From NCBI RefSeq assembly GCF_018977255.1, contig NW_024704742.1:33420001-33484000 (forward strand): DNA of 64,000 nucleotides. The letters are read 5' to 3'. Made by a program: the position numbers and the translations under genes. This document shows positions 51,166 to 64,000 of the stretch, in pieces; within the stretch, counting starts at the first letter, position 1; every line of letters starts with the position of its first letter. The DNA is from Callorhinchus milii (taxonomy: Eukaryota). Under the pieces are notes generated by a model, which made no database searches, had not been told where the DNA came from, and worked only from the letters and a program-made list of their open reading frames with translations.

Positions 51166-54100
51166 GGGATTTGAAGCAGGGAAGTCCTTCATGAATTTGT
51201 GCGCATATGTGGCTGTTGGGTGAGGGCAAGATCTAGTGGTCAAATAATCCATCCACACTCACTATCCAGGTTCACACATAGAGAGTGGACCTTACGTGAG
51301 AAGCTGTGAGGGCAGCTGGCTTCTCTAGAACTATACTCCAGCATGAGTCAGTGCCTTCTGGCGGGGAGGGAAGGAAATGAGAAGAGGGGAAAAACAAATA
51401 TTTCATATATAAAATTTTGATCTAAGGGCAACATTTTAAAGTAAAAATAGCATATCCTTTAATTAATAACAAAACTCTGAACATATTGATATCCCTGAAA
51501 ATGTAACCCACAGCAGAGTGGTTTGAACAGAAACAGTGAAACATTTGCCTTAGACAATTCCTGGAACCTTAGTGAAGTCACTGATCATTGAAAATGTGTC
51601 CTGACTTCAGGAAAATTCAATCCCCACTTTTACTGATCATGGTAGCAACAGCACTAACACTTATTTTTACTGAATATTCTTATCACACCCTGTGATTAAT
51701 CAAGGCAACCCCCCTCCTCCACACCCCCCGCTCCTCCTGTAGTTATCTTGAACCAGTCACTCCGTACACTGTGTACCAAACAAGCCTATTCCCACGACGA
51801 CATAGATTTTTTCCATCAACAACAACATTTTTGTCAGGTGAAAGTTTCATGGCCACAACACATCTGATTCTTCCAGAGAGCTATTGATATCCAATCTCAT
51901 TCAACAAAGACCACACCCAAAACCCTCCATCTGTATCTCACAACGTTTGAAAGCTGACAACCCGGCTATCTTCTCTAAAACAAGCTATCCTTGCTTATTA
52001 GCTGCATGGATCATGATCCACAACCTAAGCTATTTCCAAGTCTACAAATATGTGTACTTGTTGAACCAGTTCAAATATTACCATGTAAATGTTGAGGAAA
52101 CAGGGATTAGTTGGCTGATTTAAAATGCGGGTGGGGGGGGGGGAATAAAACAACAGCCCCACCCCCCCCTTTCCCCTTAAGGGAGTTCAGATTGACAAGC
52201 CCACATGCAATCATTTATTATTAACACATGTTCAATAACAATGAATGGCAAAGATATATGGGGTAAACCTCTGGATTGAATGGCACCTTAAGCCCAACCT
52301 TACATTACAACAGAATTAGCTTTGTGTCCTCATTGTTTACTCAGTGCGAAGCAATTTCGATCTGCCATGGGAGCGACAATCTTCATGCCATTTAAAATCC
52401 AGACAGTGAAGGAAATACAAATGTGACCAGGCTGCTTATATAAAAAAAAGCATCTCTTTGTGTAGGAATACATGATCACATTAGAAACACTCTGGAGAGA
52501 CAGCCCAGCTTCCACTGTCTTAACCCATCCCTCATACTGTTTCAGTGTCTAATTCTGAAAGTAGGAGACAAAAGCACTAGTACATTGTTTAACGCAAGTT
52601 AGAATTTGAAAATACAAACTTTTTTTTGTGTGTGTGGAAGCAAGTCAAAATGTGCTTTCTTTCTTTCTTTCAGGACACTAAACAAAGCTATTGCGTATCG
52701 CATGCTTCCTGGAGCACGACATACAGGGAGATTTACTATTTAATTTCTCTTGCATATTTTCTCTCTCTCTCTTTTGAGACAAATTTCCCATTTTTCCTTA
52801 GTTTCCAGTCGCCACCAGATCAGGAGACGGGACATTTAACTCGTGGAGACTTCCACATCACTAATATTGCAGTATTGCTATGGTGTGCAAATCGATTTCA
52901 GTTCCCCAACTTTTCTTAAATAAATGCACACATCAGCCCTGGGGTTAATCGGGGGTAAGCCTGGCTCCCAATAGCGTTCCCCGGGCGGGGCCACGCTCAC
53001 GAGCAGCTGCATGAGAATTAATGAACCTCATCATACTTGACTTGACGATGAAAAGGTTGGAATATCCGTTGGGATTCGATCCTGCCACTGACTTGGGAAA
53101 CAACCCGCTTTCACTTGCTTTGCCAAACTGATCCTAATCCTGTGAGAATATGTAGATGAAGATAAGAGAGGGGGAGGAAGGGAGAATGGGGAGGGAGGGA
53201 AGGAGGGAGAGATTGTTATGTGCCTACAAAAAAAGCTTTACGAGAAAGCACTCTGATTCCCAAGACACTGACAAAACACAAAAGACAAACAGCAGAACTC
53301 TTCATTTCATTGTGAACCCATAAAATGCCAGAATAAAAGCAAATTAACTTCCATTCTGGGTTCAGACAAAGCTGAGCCCCAAATCCTGCTTAGCTTCTGG
53401 CGCTTAAAGAGCTATCTACGCGCAAACAACTTCGAAGTATCAAAGAGATCAAGTGACTCCTTGTACAGTAAATATGTTATCTCTGCATGTGTCTTTCTTA
53501 AACGGTTATTGAAAAGAAATCCATCAGAAACATATTTTAGAGACAAATTCTACACGACTGCAATAAGATGCATCATCTATCTACCGGAACCCTCTTGACA
53601 TCAATCAATGCCACATCTTATTTGTTGGCTGTCATGGAGACTGTGCAGATCAGCAAAATACACTGACTTTTAAGGTGTGTCTTCAGAAAAGAGTGGACTG
53701 ACAGCCCTAAACAACTGGATTGAATGAAAAATGACAGTATTCAGCTAAATGCGAGGTGAAGCAGTGAACTGTCACTAACTTATCAGGATGTCGTTCTTTC
53801 GCTGGTAAAGAACAAGACCAGAAATGGTAAAGAGTTTGAGACGATCCCAGTCACACGCCACAAAAAACAAGTTTATTTGGGTCTTTCTCTGAATCTCCAT
53901 CAGGATCCTACGAACACTTCACACTGAATTTCAAGTTCTCCAAACGTGCTACTTACTGGTCCATTATTTTTCATTGCATGTTATACAAAATGAACAAAAC
54001 GATTTCCCGAACAAGATTTTATGCACTAGTACAACAATTGTGCTTTATAATTAAAAAATAGAAACAATTTCCCTCTTCTCCAGTGAGACACATTTTGCTC

Positions 54101-54505
54101 CATAAAGATAATTGCAACACAATTGTATTCCCAATGTTCAAATCCCTCATATTTGTTTACAAAAAACATAGAATATTCACTCATTAATCCACACCATACT
54201 GCTTTATAAACCATATACATCACACATACAAAACATAACATAACTAGAATCACAAAGCTCTCAGCCACTCTGTTTTCCATGTTCTGTTCCTGTCAGTGCT
54301 GCGATTTTAAGACTCATATTTTCAAAGGCATTTTATCATCAGTGCAATTATATCTTATCAACGCTAATTTCTCATAGCTTCTCTGTCACCGAGTGAGACA
54401 GACTCACACTCATCTGTGGTCCTCGCCTGCTCTCTTGGGAGGGGGCAGCTCTCCAGCATCTCTCTCAGTCTCTGCCTTTCAACAACAAATTCCACACTCA
54501 TTTAC

Positions 54506-54583
54506 CTTTTTAGGTCTTTTACGTCTATGATTGGTCCCATTGTACTTATCTCCGTCACTTTTCTGGGCTTCATCGCCCATCAT
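54506..54583 (-). CDS. ANK2: Ankyrin-2 canonical first coding exon, 26 codons
   Basis: Translates MMGDEAQKSDGDKYNGTNHRRKRPKK followed by an AAG|GTAAAT donor (phase 0). Closely matches the human ANK2 N-terminus [28 protein letters not shown]. Too short to appear in the ORF track. Confidence 0.95.
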
Positions 54584-55260
54584 TTCCTACTTGTTTGTCG
54601 TTTTCTTCAAAAAAAACACAAACTGATCTGCCATCAAACCCTCTCAATTCCACACACCAGACTGAGTGTGTCACTGACTGGAAGGAGGAGAGGGGAGGAG
54701 AGGGAGAGAGAAAGGAGGGGGGTGGGTGAAAGCTTGGTGGGCAAGAACGATGACGTTTCCATGGTAGCTACAGCCTCAACGGGTTAGTTCAATGCGCTTT
54801 AACCAATTATAGTCACAGCTTGTCGGTTTACAGCAGGAAAATGAAGGCAGTGCAGCAGCTGGGCTGTTACAAGCGTAGCTGACCCATGCTTACTGGCAGG
54901 TACACCTGTGATAATTGTAATGCTTTAACGGTCAGTGGGAGGGGTGCGGAGTAAAATACAGCCAGTAGGGTTTTGCTTGTAATTGGAAAGTATTTGGCAA
55001 ACTATGAAATCAATGTAGTGCTTTCTTGTAAGAGGCTGTTGGCTATAAATGGAAGGCAGGACATAGCCATCAGTGACCCGATAATATCGCTGCACAATCA
55101 GTCAGTTGCCGCTGCGATCGTTACTGTTGTAATTTATTAAAGGGATGATGCGAGAAGCACGGGCTATTATTTGGGGTCCTGGCGAGGCTCACATTGGCCA
55201 ATCGGGATAAGGGGGCCCTGTGAGCAGCTGCTACAGCAGTTGTCTGTTTGAAAACTCTCC
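54584..55260 (-). promoter_or_regulatory. ANK2: Putative 5'UTR and promoter of the canonical ANK2 first exon
   Basis: Repeat-free sequence directly upstream of the ATG. Contains a purine/pyrimidine tract (about 54680-54730), a TGACG CRE half-site (54751-54755) overlapping an RFX X-box-like GTTTCCATGGTAGC (54755-54768), and CCAAT motifs near 54803 and 55198. The transcription start cannot be fixed from sequence. Confidence 0.6.
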
Positions 55261-55807
55261 GAGGGGTGGTACTGTCCCTTTTAACAGTAGTTTTGCAGCT
55301 ACTGATGGGCAAGGCCTTGTGAGGGGGAGCGTGTGACCTTTACCCTCATTGAAACACATGTTCAATAATACAGCAGTTTCTGCTAAGCTGATGATTACGG
55401 GGTGGGGGGGGAAGCCTCAAAAGGGACTGAGGCAAAAGTTAGCCCAGGATCCCACTCCTGATCCAGTAACTTTCCTGCTGGAAAGTGTGTGAGTGAGGAT
55501 CTGAGTGTGATCACTTAAGTGCTCTGGGACTCTACCCTGCGAGAAAGGCGCTATATAAAGGCAAGTTATTGTGGTGATCAGGAGCCATACTGAATCTGAG
55601 CAGGAGGAAGAGGGTTTTTCCAAGTTGAAATGAGTGGACGAAGTTTTTTTTAGAGGTTTTTTTTTAATGGTCAGTCAAGTGTCAAACACATGCAGAAACC
55701 CACCATCATGCTTAAGAGTATCCAAACCAGACAGAGTTCTACATATGGATGCCACCTACACATGGAAATTCCCTTGTGTCTGGAATGGAGTGCTGCAAAC
55801 TGCTAAG

Positions 55808-56215
55808 AATAATTATCTTTGCATTTGATATAAAGCCTTTCACGTAGGGAGGTCATCCCAAAGCACTTCACAGGATTTATTCTAAAGTATAGTGACTATT
55901 CTGCAGGCGAATGCAGCAGCTGATTTGTGCATAGCAATGTCTTTCAAATGACCAATAAGTGAATAATCAATTTAAATTGGGAATTGTTGGCCAGGACAAC
56001 TCCCTTTTTCAAATTATGCCATGGGATTTTTTACTTCTTTACCTGAAGAGGCAGTTGGGACCTTGGATTAGCATCGCATCCAAAGGACTGCACCTCTGAG
56101 CTCTGAGAATACAGCTCTCCCAGAGCACTATATTGGAGCATTAGCTCCAATCCATACATGGGGCTGTACCCACAACTTTCTGACTCAGGGGAAGAGAGTG
56201 CTACCAACTGAACCA
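55808..56215 (-). mobile_element. Older Deu-domain SINE, near full length
   Basis: L2-type tail, tgccatgggatttttt..acctgaa..catccaaaggactgcacctc (antisense Deu domain), and tRNA-like head TGGTTCAGTTGGTAGCACTCT. Confidence 0.75.
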
Positions 56216-58087
56216 GACTGATACCTCATTCCAGCAAGTGTATGGAAAGAGTCAAAGCTTGGGGATCTCAGAGTGTGTGTATTGGAACACTGCTGGAGTT
56301 TCAGTAGCTGAAACATCATGGTTTGCCATGGCAAAAATTGTCTGGCAAACGTTTCCTGATGCTCTGTGTTCTCTTTCGGCGGAGGGGCCTGAATTACAGA
56401 AACCACAACAGCCCAGAAAAGTTACCATAGGGAAGTTCAAAGAGGTATGTTTTAAGGAAAGACAAAGACAGGTAGAGATGGGTCAAGACAAAATGATTCA
56501 GCAAGAGATTCTGAGAGGGTGAAGCAGAGATTAAAAGTCCGATGACAGAGATCATCAGAAAGATTCAAGCGAAGACCATTCAGCCCATTTGATCTCATCC
56601 TTCCAGAATACTGGTCACCTTGGAAAATCCTTTCTTTTCAAGAAAAACAAAAAAATCTTCCTATTTAAGAATGGATTAAAGAATTTTCCATAATTCTGTC
56701 TGATGTTAAGTTTTGACACAAAATGCTCTTGTAGGCTAATCTTAGATGGGATTTTGTGCTTCATATTTATTCCCTAATGCTGTGCTGAAATGGGCTTCAC
56801 TGGTTTCAATCTGTGGTGATCTTTCTGTTTGCACAGTGGGGTTGAGGTATAAATTCCTTCATTATGTTTCCAAATCGTTTGATTACTAAATAAGCATATT
56901 CCACATTTTACAGTCCTTTTGCATGTTTGCCACCAGTAAACATCTGTATGTGTCCTTCAATCAGTGAGATTAAAAAGAAAATTGATCAAACCAAACACAT
57001 GTGGCATTCACCAGGTGTGTCTCGCGCTGGATATACTTGCAATATTTTTACTCTGAACCAACACAAAAAATACTGGCTGCATCCTCCAACCCATTGTAAA
57101 AGCCACAGTAATTGTGTGACATGCTCATTCACAGCATTGTGCCTAAATGAACATTAAAATAGCAAAAAATTGTATTTTTTTAAGAAATGCTTTCTAATTT
57201 TCATATTCAGATATGCCTTTTGAGCTTTTTTAATTCAAAATAAGTGCATTAAACTGATTGCGTTGTTTAATTTCGTTTAATTGTAAAACCACCAAATCAG
57301 GTGATTTCTTGTTGCTTATGCTCTGAAAACCCAGGGGATTTCGCTCACTCAGATTGACTCCAGGAGGGTGAGCCAGTTGCTGTAGCAACGAACGTACAGC
57401 ATCTGATAGAGAGGCTGCAGCCGTGAGTGTGTGAGACATCTTTGCACCCCGGCAGCATAATGTGATGTCGCTTTCAAGCTACTGTTTACATCAGGCAGCT
57501 TCACATTGTTCGGGGCTCGCTCAAGCCAGCCAGCTGCAGCAACGCACAAGGTACCCAGGAGAAAGCCCTCATTAGGAAGAATAGGGGTAGTCTCAACAAA
57601 ACTCCTCTGCAACCTCTTTAGTGACTGGTACACTAATTAACAAGCCATCCGTACTGATGGAAACAGTAAAAAAATAATAGACTGCCATCTGCCATTAACT
57701 GAGTCAAAAGCAAACAACTATTGAAACGGAATTGACAAATTTTATTCAGCCTGCTTCAAACTAACTGAGAAATAATTAAGGCGCAAACACGATCTGCCAG
57801 GAGTTATGGGGGCGCAAGACCTTACTGTGACAGGTGTGGAAAAGTATTTGAAAATATAAAAACAGAGCGGAGACAGTCAGCGAAATAAGTCTGCGAGTGA
57901 GCCTTCTCTTTCTCTTGCTGCGGTTAAGCTGCCAGGAAAGAGAAACAAACCACTTTGCATCCCAGCAGTGTAGCATTGTGGATCGGGAAGTTTCATTTAT
58001 GCTTGACATTGCTGTGAGCAGTGACCAGAAAAGACCAGTATGCAATGTTTATGTTCTATGGGTATTTATGTCATATTGGGGGAAAAG

Positions 58088-58270
58088 CCTGGCTCAGTTG
58101 GTAGCCACCTATGAGTCAGGTGGTAGGTTCAAGTCCACCATGGGACTTTGACTCATATAGTCTATGCGGACACTTCAATGCAGTGCTGGGGAAGGCTGCA
58201 TAGTTGGAGATGTCGTCCTTGGATGTTAAAGGTGCCTTGGAAGGGATTTACTTGCCATATTCTGGCCAAC
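58088..58270 (+). mobile_element. Older Deu-type SINE 5' part
   Basis: TGGCTCAGTTGGTAGC..GGTTCAAGTCC A/B boxes followed by Deu-like ttggagatgtcgtccttggatg. Confidence 0.7.
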
Positions 58271-59439
58271 AACCACCAAATAGGTTAATCATAAGAGGTT
58301 ACTCTAATAGTTGATAAGTGCACTGTATGGTGCTCTATTAAAATCTACCAAGCAGTAAAGTCACAGATTCAGTTTCTGGTTTCCATTGAGTTAGCTAGGG
58401 GGATGCTGAAGGCTATAATTGACTGCAGTACCCCTGAGCTGGGAGGGGAAAACATCAACCATTCCTGATTGCTCACCAATGACCCATGCTGCAAGGTGGA
58501 TGGATGTGGACACTGAGTAAGGATACAATTAGGCTACAACAATGTCTGAGATACCTTCTATGGCACTATGACTTGCATACACTCAATGGTCTAAATCATC
58601 TTAAATACCCTGATAATGTTTGCATTTATCTCAAAGCACTTCATAGGATTTTATTGTGAAGTGACTATATGTTTGTGGCGAATGCAGCAGCCAATTTGTG
58701 CACATGCAATTTCCCACAAACAGTGGTCCTCTTTTGTGCTGAAATTTTCAATATTTCTACGAGCTTTCTAGCATTCACCATCTCACTCACCTGTAACCAA
58801 TGACTAACTGTTTGCCATACCTGAGAATAGACTCCATGTGTAGAACTGTAGCTCAGCACCCTTTCCCAACATCATTTGGAGAAAGGGAGAAGATGGGAGA
58901 AGGAATCATTCATTCGATTTTGTAAACACTTGCATTATTTCAATAAAACAGGATTTCAAAATAAATAGAATTTCAATGTTCAGACTTATTAAACCCAGAG
59001 TTAATAAATGCAGGAAAGGCATTGCTAATTTGGAGTCAGGATTCATGGCTCCTTTGGCCACAGTTAATACATGGGAAGGATGAATCTATAAAGACTAGTA
59101 CATTTATGGACCTTGAAATTGTGATTTATAATGGGAACCGCTGCTGTTTAAAAAACTAATTTTGAATGCATTATTTCCAAACTCTTCAAGATTGTAGCAA
59201 TCCTTAACTCCAGTTTCACCTCCTTCATACAATCCACAAGCTTTTAAAATCCAAGCTTGGTGCCACCTAACCACATATTCTGAGTAATCAAATCTGGACT
59301 TGATGGTGGTGTGAAAAGGGGTCTTGGCAGATTACACAGTTTACAACCATATCGATTCCATATATGGAATTGTGGAACTTGCACAATAATGTTTTATACC
59401 ACTTCAATGTGGCCATTCACTAAGGTGAACCGGAGACAT

Positions 59440-59740
59440 AAATATCAAAGAAACAAATGGGAGACAGGTTATAATTCCAGCGTTCAATAAAACAAGACAG
59501 GATGACAACAGGATACAAGTTCAACGTTGGTAATGGCAGCTTTATGATAGTTACAAGGAAGTACAGTATTTCTTTACACATAAACGACAACTAGAAATGG
59601 TTACCAGGAAGAGGCGTAGAGGTTGGTCACTGGATTAATTTAAGAAGCAGTTTGATACTGTAATGGGAAGACGATAAGGTAGGTATTCTAGAAAGGTGAG
59701 ATCAAATGGACTGAAGGCATTCTTCATCCAGACCTTGTGA
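59440..59740 (+). mobile_element. CR1 3' fragment
   Basis: acaacaggatacaagttcaacgttg..tttctttacaca..gaaatggttacca..gtagagg..tttaagaagcag (TRGH..FFT..WNxLP..FKKQ-like). Confidence 0.65.
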
Positions 59741-61254
59741 TTTAGTAAATAAAGTACAAACCTACCTCTCAAACAAAAAAAGACCATTGTATATCACAAC
59801 GTACAAGGTGTGTAACATAGGCAAGCGGTGTATAACACAGGTTTACACAATGAATCATGTCTAAATCCAAAGTAACTGTTTTTTGCTGGATTTTGCTCCT
59901 AAATAATAACAGATGCGGTGACTCTTCCTACTCACGCTCGTTAACCCCGTGAATGAAAGCCCTAACGGACAACCAGCGGGAAGCTTGCAAGACAAGAGTT
60001 CGGAAAAGCTAGCTGTGTGGTTTTAACTGGTTAAACTCCACCAGCATTCCCAACACACTGGTGTAAAAGCAGCAAGTTCAGCAGCAGCTTGACGAAGGCA
60101 AGGTTTGACTTCCAACCCAATAATTGTGACAAAGTGTGTGTGTGGGGGAGAGACGAGGAGTTATTCAAATCGACAAGACAGCCACATAAATATAAATGTG
60201 GCAATAGATGTACGCACGTTTGCTTATGTGCAGTAGTTGGTGGGGTTAAGGCACTTGACACATGAGCACAGCATAAAAAGGGAAATCACTAATGGTGATT
60301 GGTAATTTGGGTGTGACTCAAGATTGAGAATGAATACCATGGCTGAGTTTACATGAAGTATGACTTTTGACTTGTAACAGTAAATAGTGCATCTTGTGAG
60401 TAAGTTAACTATTCTGAATGGTTGCTCAGGTTATAGTATCTAGTACAGGGTGAAATCCCAGCTCCCAGCAAGATCTTGCATGTCTGTTTAGTGTCAGTGT
60501 GACTGCCACCCTCTGGCTCTGGTGCCCCTTAAACCTCTAGGCAGGCAGAAAACCCTGACTTCTGGGAGAGCTCAGACAGCTTCTCTAAATTACATCCCTC
60601 ACCAACGGGCATCGCTTGTCATTTCCGAATGCTGCCCTGAGAACAAGCATCAAGGATGTAAGTGACGAATGATTATATGGCTGTTCATCACTTTCAAAGC
60701 TTTTCAGTAATTCATAATCAGAAGCCACTAATGGAAATTTGTCAAAAGACCAATTAATTTATGCACAGCAGCCGAGCCTTTGTAGAAGCTGCCTTGAGAG
60801 CAAGCTCTTTGATAAATATAATCATAGAAACTTACAGAATAAAAAGGGGCCCTTCAACTCATCATGCCGGTGCCTGAAAAATATTCCATTTAGTCCCACT
60901 CCCCTGCCCTATCCCCATTCCTTTCTATACCTTTTGTTTTTGCAAATATTTGTCCATATCTCTGCAGCAGGTCTCAGAGAAGGCTGCCACGACATTTGGT
61001 GTCAAACGGCACCATGTATATGGCTTACTCCAACTTGATGGGGAGAGCAAAGAGTGAGCTGTGCCTGGAGAAAGCAGACCTCCCAATCTATGATAGACAG
61101 CTTTTTCCATTCATACCCAGCCCTCCTCAGCAGTTAACCAAGATATTCCCCCAGTAACGAATCACTCTGCAACATTTCTAATTAAACTAGAGCATAACTT
61201 TTTTTTACAAGAGGAAAACTGCAACTGAATAAAAATGTGAGTGTGACCTTCCAT

Positions 61255-61415
61255 GGCTGTTTGTGGAACATTGCTGTAAGCAAACTGTTTGCTGTGTTTT
61301 TCCCATAAAATACACAGTCCCTCCATTTCGGAATATCCTGTGAAGCACTTTGAGACATCTCAACGACTCGATAAGGTGCTATATCAAATGCAAGTATACT
61401 ATTATTATAACTACT
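61255..61415 (+). mobile_element. Family A SINE 3' half; a second copy lies at 61785-61892
   Basis: Canonical Deu-like segment and tail. Confidence 0.8.
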
Positions 61416-63690
61416 ATTTTACCAAAGTGCTCAGGGAAGGTGGAGTTTTAGCTTGTTGGGTTGGCTTTTCCACAGATGTTTGAAAATATAGCTATAGAGG
61501 AGAAGAAGAATGAAGTCTCCTTTCATACATTTACAGCCTTTACCATATTTCTTGAAGCAATGCAACTGCCTGCATTTGCCTTGTAGCAGGCAAAGTATTG
61601 CAGTCTTGCAACTGGGCCAACACCAGCAATCAACACACATAAAACACAGAAGAATACCCATCAACTAAGGACCAACTAAAGTCTTATGTATTTGCATTCC
61701 TCGCCTATGTTCCTTTGTTCCTAACACAATCTCTCTATAAAATTAAGTATGTTTGGAAAAGATTGTTGTGCATACATGAAAATACGTTTGCTCACAAAAT
61801 CCAGTCAATCCACTCGACAGTAAATCCTGTGAAGCGCTTTGAGACGTCTCGATATGATAAAACATTATACCAAATGCAAGGATTATTATTTTTATGTGTC
61901 TCCTGAAGTGACCCCTCTGCTGAGGCCACTTGGACTAATAAAGAACATGCCAGAATACTTGTTACATTACACACAACAGATTACGACTTCACTGGAATGG
62001 ACAGACAACACTCCACCCTGCAGTTTTGCCTTTCCCTTACATTTAAACCAGTGACTGTGCCAAGTGTGTATTAACAATGGCAACAATAACCTACCTTCTC
62101 TTGAGCTCTGTATCTTTCTACACATCTTCAGGAATATTTCTTGATGAGTAGCGATCAAATACAAGAATTATTATTCCAGGCTGTGATTGATTGTGCCTCT
62201 TTCCATTTGCTAGCACTTAGCACTTACAGAGTTGTGTCCTTTAACAAATCAGCACACAAGACAACATACAATTATGCTACCCCTTTAACTGTTTCTTAAC
62301 TGCTGAAAATTCAAGACCGTAATCTGTGAATTAACATAGTCAAAGGGTTTATTACAGTTTTGAAACATTTATTGATGTTTATTCATATTTTTATGCACTG
62401 AACATATCCATTTGTCCTCTCCAAAGGCACTGAGAATTCAATCATGTACAGTATCGGACTTCTGCAAGATCTGAAACAAACCCTTAGTTTGACAGGAATG
62501 GAGCAGTAAATTAATAATAATAATAATTACCCATAAACTAAGAGCGGAATCCCTGTGCTGCCCCTGCTGTTGCCCTGATCCAACAATTCGCATTCAGCCT
62601 CAACTACAGTCGAGCCAGCTAAACAAGGACGGGCAACACCACCACCAAATTACATTTGTATAAAGCCTTTCACGTCAGGAGGATATCCCAAGGCATTGGA
62701 AAGGTGCCAAGTTGATCAACCTCTTTCTTACACCTTTTGCCATCCTTTACATTGAATTCTCCTCACTCCACATCTGGAATTAATGCCACTGGAGGAATTA
62801 TGATGCTTTTTGAACCACAAAGTTCACAATTGGATGCACAATTGTCTCTTTACCATTGGGACATAATAGGCCATCTGAAAAGCATGACATCAATACCACC
62901 CAGTTGCACCACCACGACTCAGGAAGAATACAATGCAGATCTTATTACTGTGCCAAATGGAGCAAAAGGGGGCTTCACTTGGTTAGTTGGACCCAAAAGG
63001 AAATTAAGCCTCATTATTGTTCAGCGAGTTAAATGCTTTAGCAGATCAACATTTGATCTTACAGCAAAGGTTTCTGAAACACAAAACAGAAACAGGTCAT
63101 GAGGTATCAGTTGCATTACTGTAAATCTGTAAAACTCTCACTTCTGGACACTGGATTTTATTCAGATCTGCATGTCAACAACAGGTTTGTTTACTTGCAA
63201 TGCTCCATGTTGTACAGGGATTCTTATATGCTTTGGGAGCGGGACTCCAAATGCAAAGTATTGAAAGGCAATGGGTGTAGTGTACGTGGGCATGGGGGGA
63301 GGAGAGATGGGATTCCAGTCTGACGTGCCTTCTTTATCTCTCTTCACCATATCTGGTTCCGTGTAGCTGTAACACCTGATCTGCCTCTCCTGCCAATCTG
63401 TCTCTGTAAACATGTTTTTTTCTGATTGGAAAGTGTAACTGGAAAATTCTATTGGCTTTTTCAGTCTTCTCTGCAATACAAAAACTGTTTATAATCCCAG
63501 GGAAATATATCATTGGAAACACTGGATTAATTACATGTGCTTGTGGGATTTATCGACTCTCTTTGGCAGAAAGAAAGTCATCTGATGTTTAGAAGAAGAC
63601 AGGAGAGTGACAAGTAACCAGAGATATGGATGAGTAATGGTGAGAGAAGAAAAAAACGTCAAACAGATTGTGCACAAAAGGGACAGGCAG

Positions 63691-64000
63691 GCAGAGTCCT
63701 GTAGCTCAGTGGTTAGAGCACTCGCCTCACAAGTGAGAGACCTGGGTTTGCTTCCCAGCAGCGCGAAACATTGGGCAAGTGTCCTTACTCTATATCTCTG
63801 TTTACCTAGCAGTAAGTAGGAACCCGGTTGTAAATCGATTAGCGGATCGCTTTTCCAGGGTTAATAATTCCTTCAAAAAAGAAGAATTGATCACTCAATC
63901 CACGACTGTTTGTGGGACACTGCTGTGCACAATTGCCTGCGTTTCGCCCACAAAATTTACAGTCAATTCATTTTACAGTATATTCTGTGACGTACTTTGA
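63691..64000 (+). mobile_element. Family A SINE, cut off by the window end
   Basis: GAGTCCTGTAGCTCAGTGGTTAGAGCAC head (A box about 63702-63712), TTGGGCAAGT centre, and Deu-like segment. Confidence 0.9.

Noticed and set aside
52930..53034. C/D box snoRNA (ATGATGA...CTGA on the minus strand)
   Set aside because: No convincing terminal stem or recognisable rRNA guide sequence.
63691..63765. tRNA gene
   Set aside because: A/B boxes are present, but the sequence runs directly into the SINE body. It is a SINE head, as are the other copies.

Overview
Eukaryotic (vertebrate) genomic DNA. The SINE, L2 and CR1 content suggests a cartilaginous fish, possibly a chimaera; this is inference. The window covers the 5' part of an ankyrin-2 (ANK2, ankyrin-B) gene on the minus strand. 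Two alternative first coding exons are recognisable: MMGDEAQKSDGDKYNGTNHRRKRPKK (54506-54583) and MAHAAAHLKK...RKRK (10532-10660). Both end in phase-0 GT donors. I did not find the shared exon 2 (SDSNASFLRAAR...), which should lie left of position 1. The intron contains an intronless, disabled Ran pseudogene (about 354-898). The rest is dense with retroposons: a young tRNA-headed SINE with a CORE-like segment, partial Deu domain and L2-type tail; older Deu-type and AmnSINE2-like SINEs; L2 and CR1 3' fragments; and a roughly 400-bp dispersed family I cannot name. Most entries in the ORF track are spurious or repeat-derived. No prokaryotic system, CRISPR array, rRNA or true tRNA gene was seen. 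Family assignments come from remembered consensus sequences, not database searches, and repeat boundaries are approximate.
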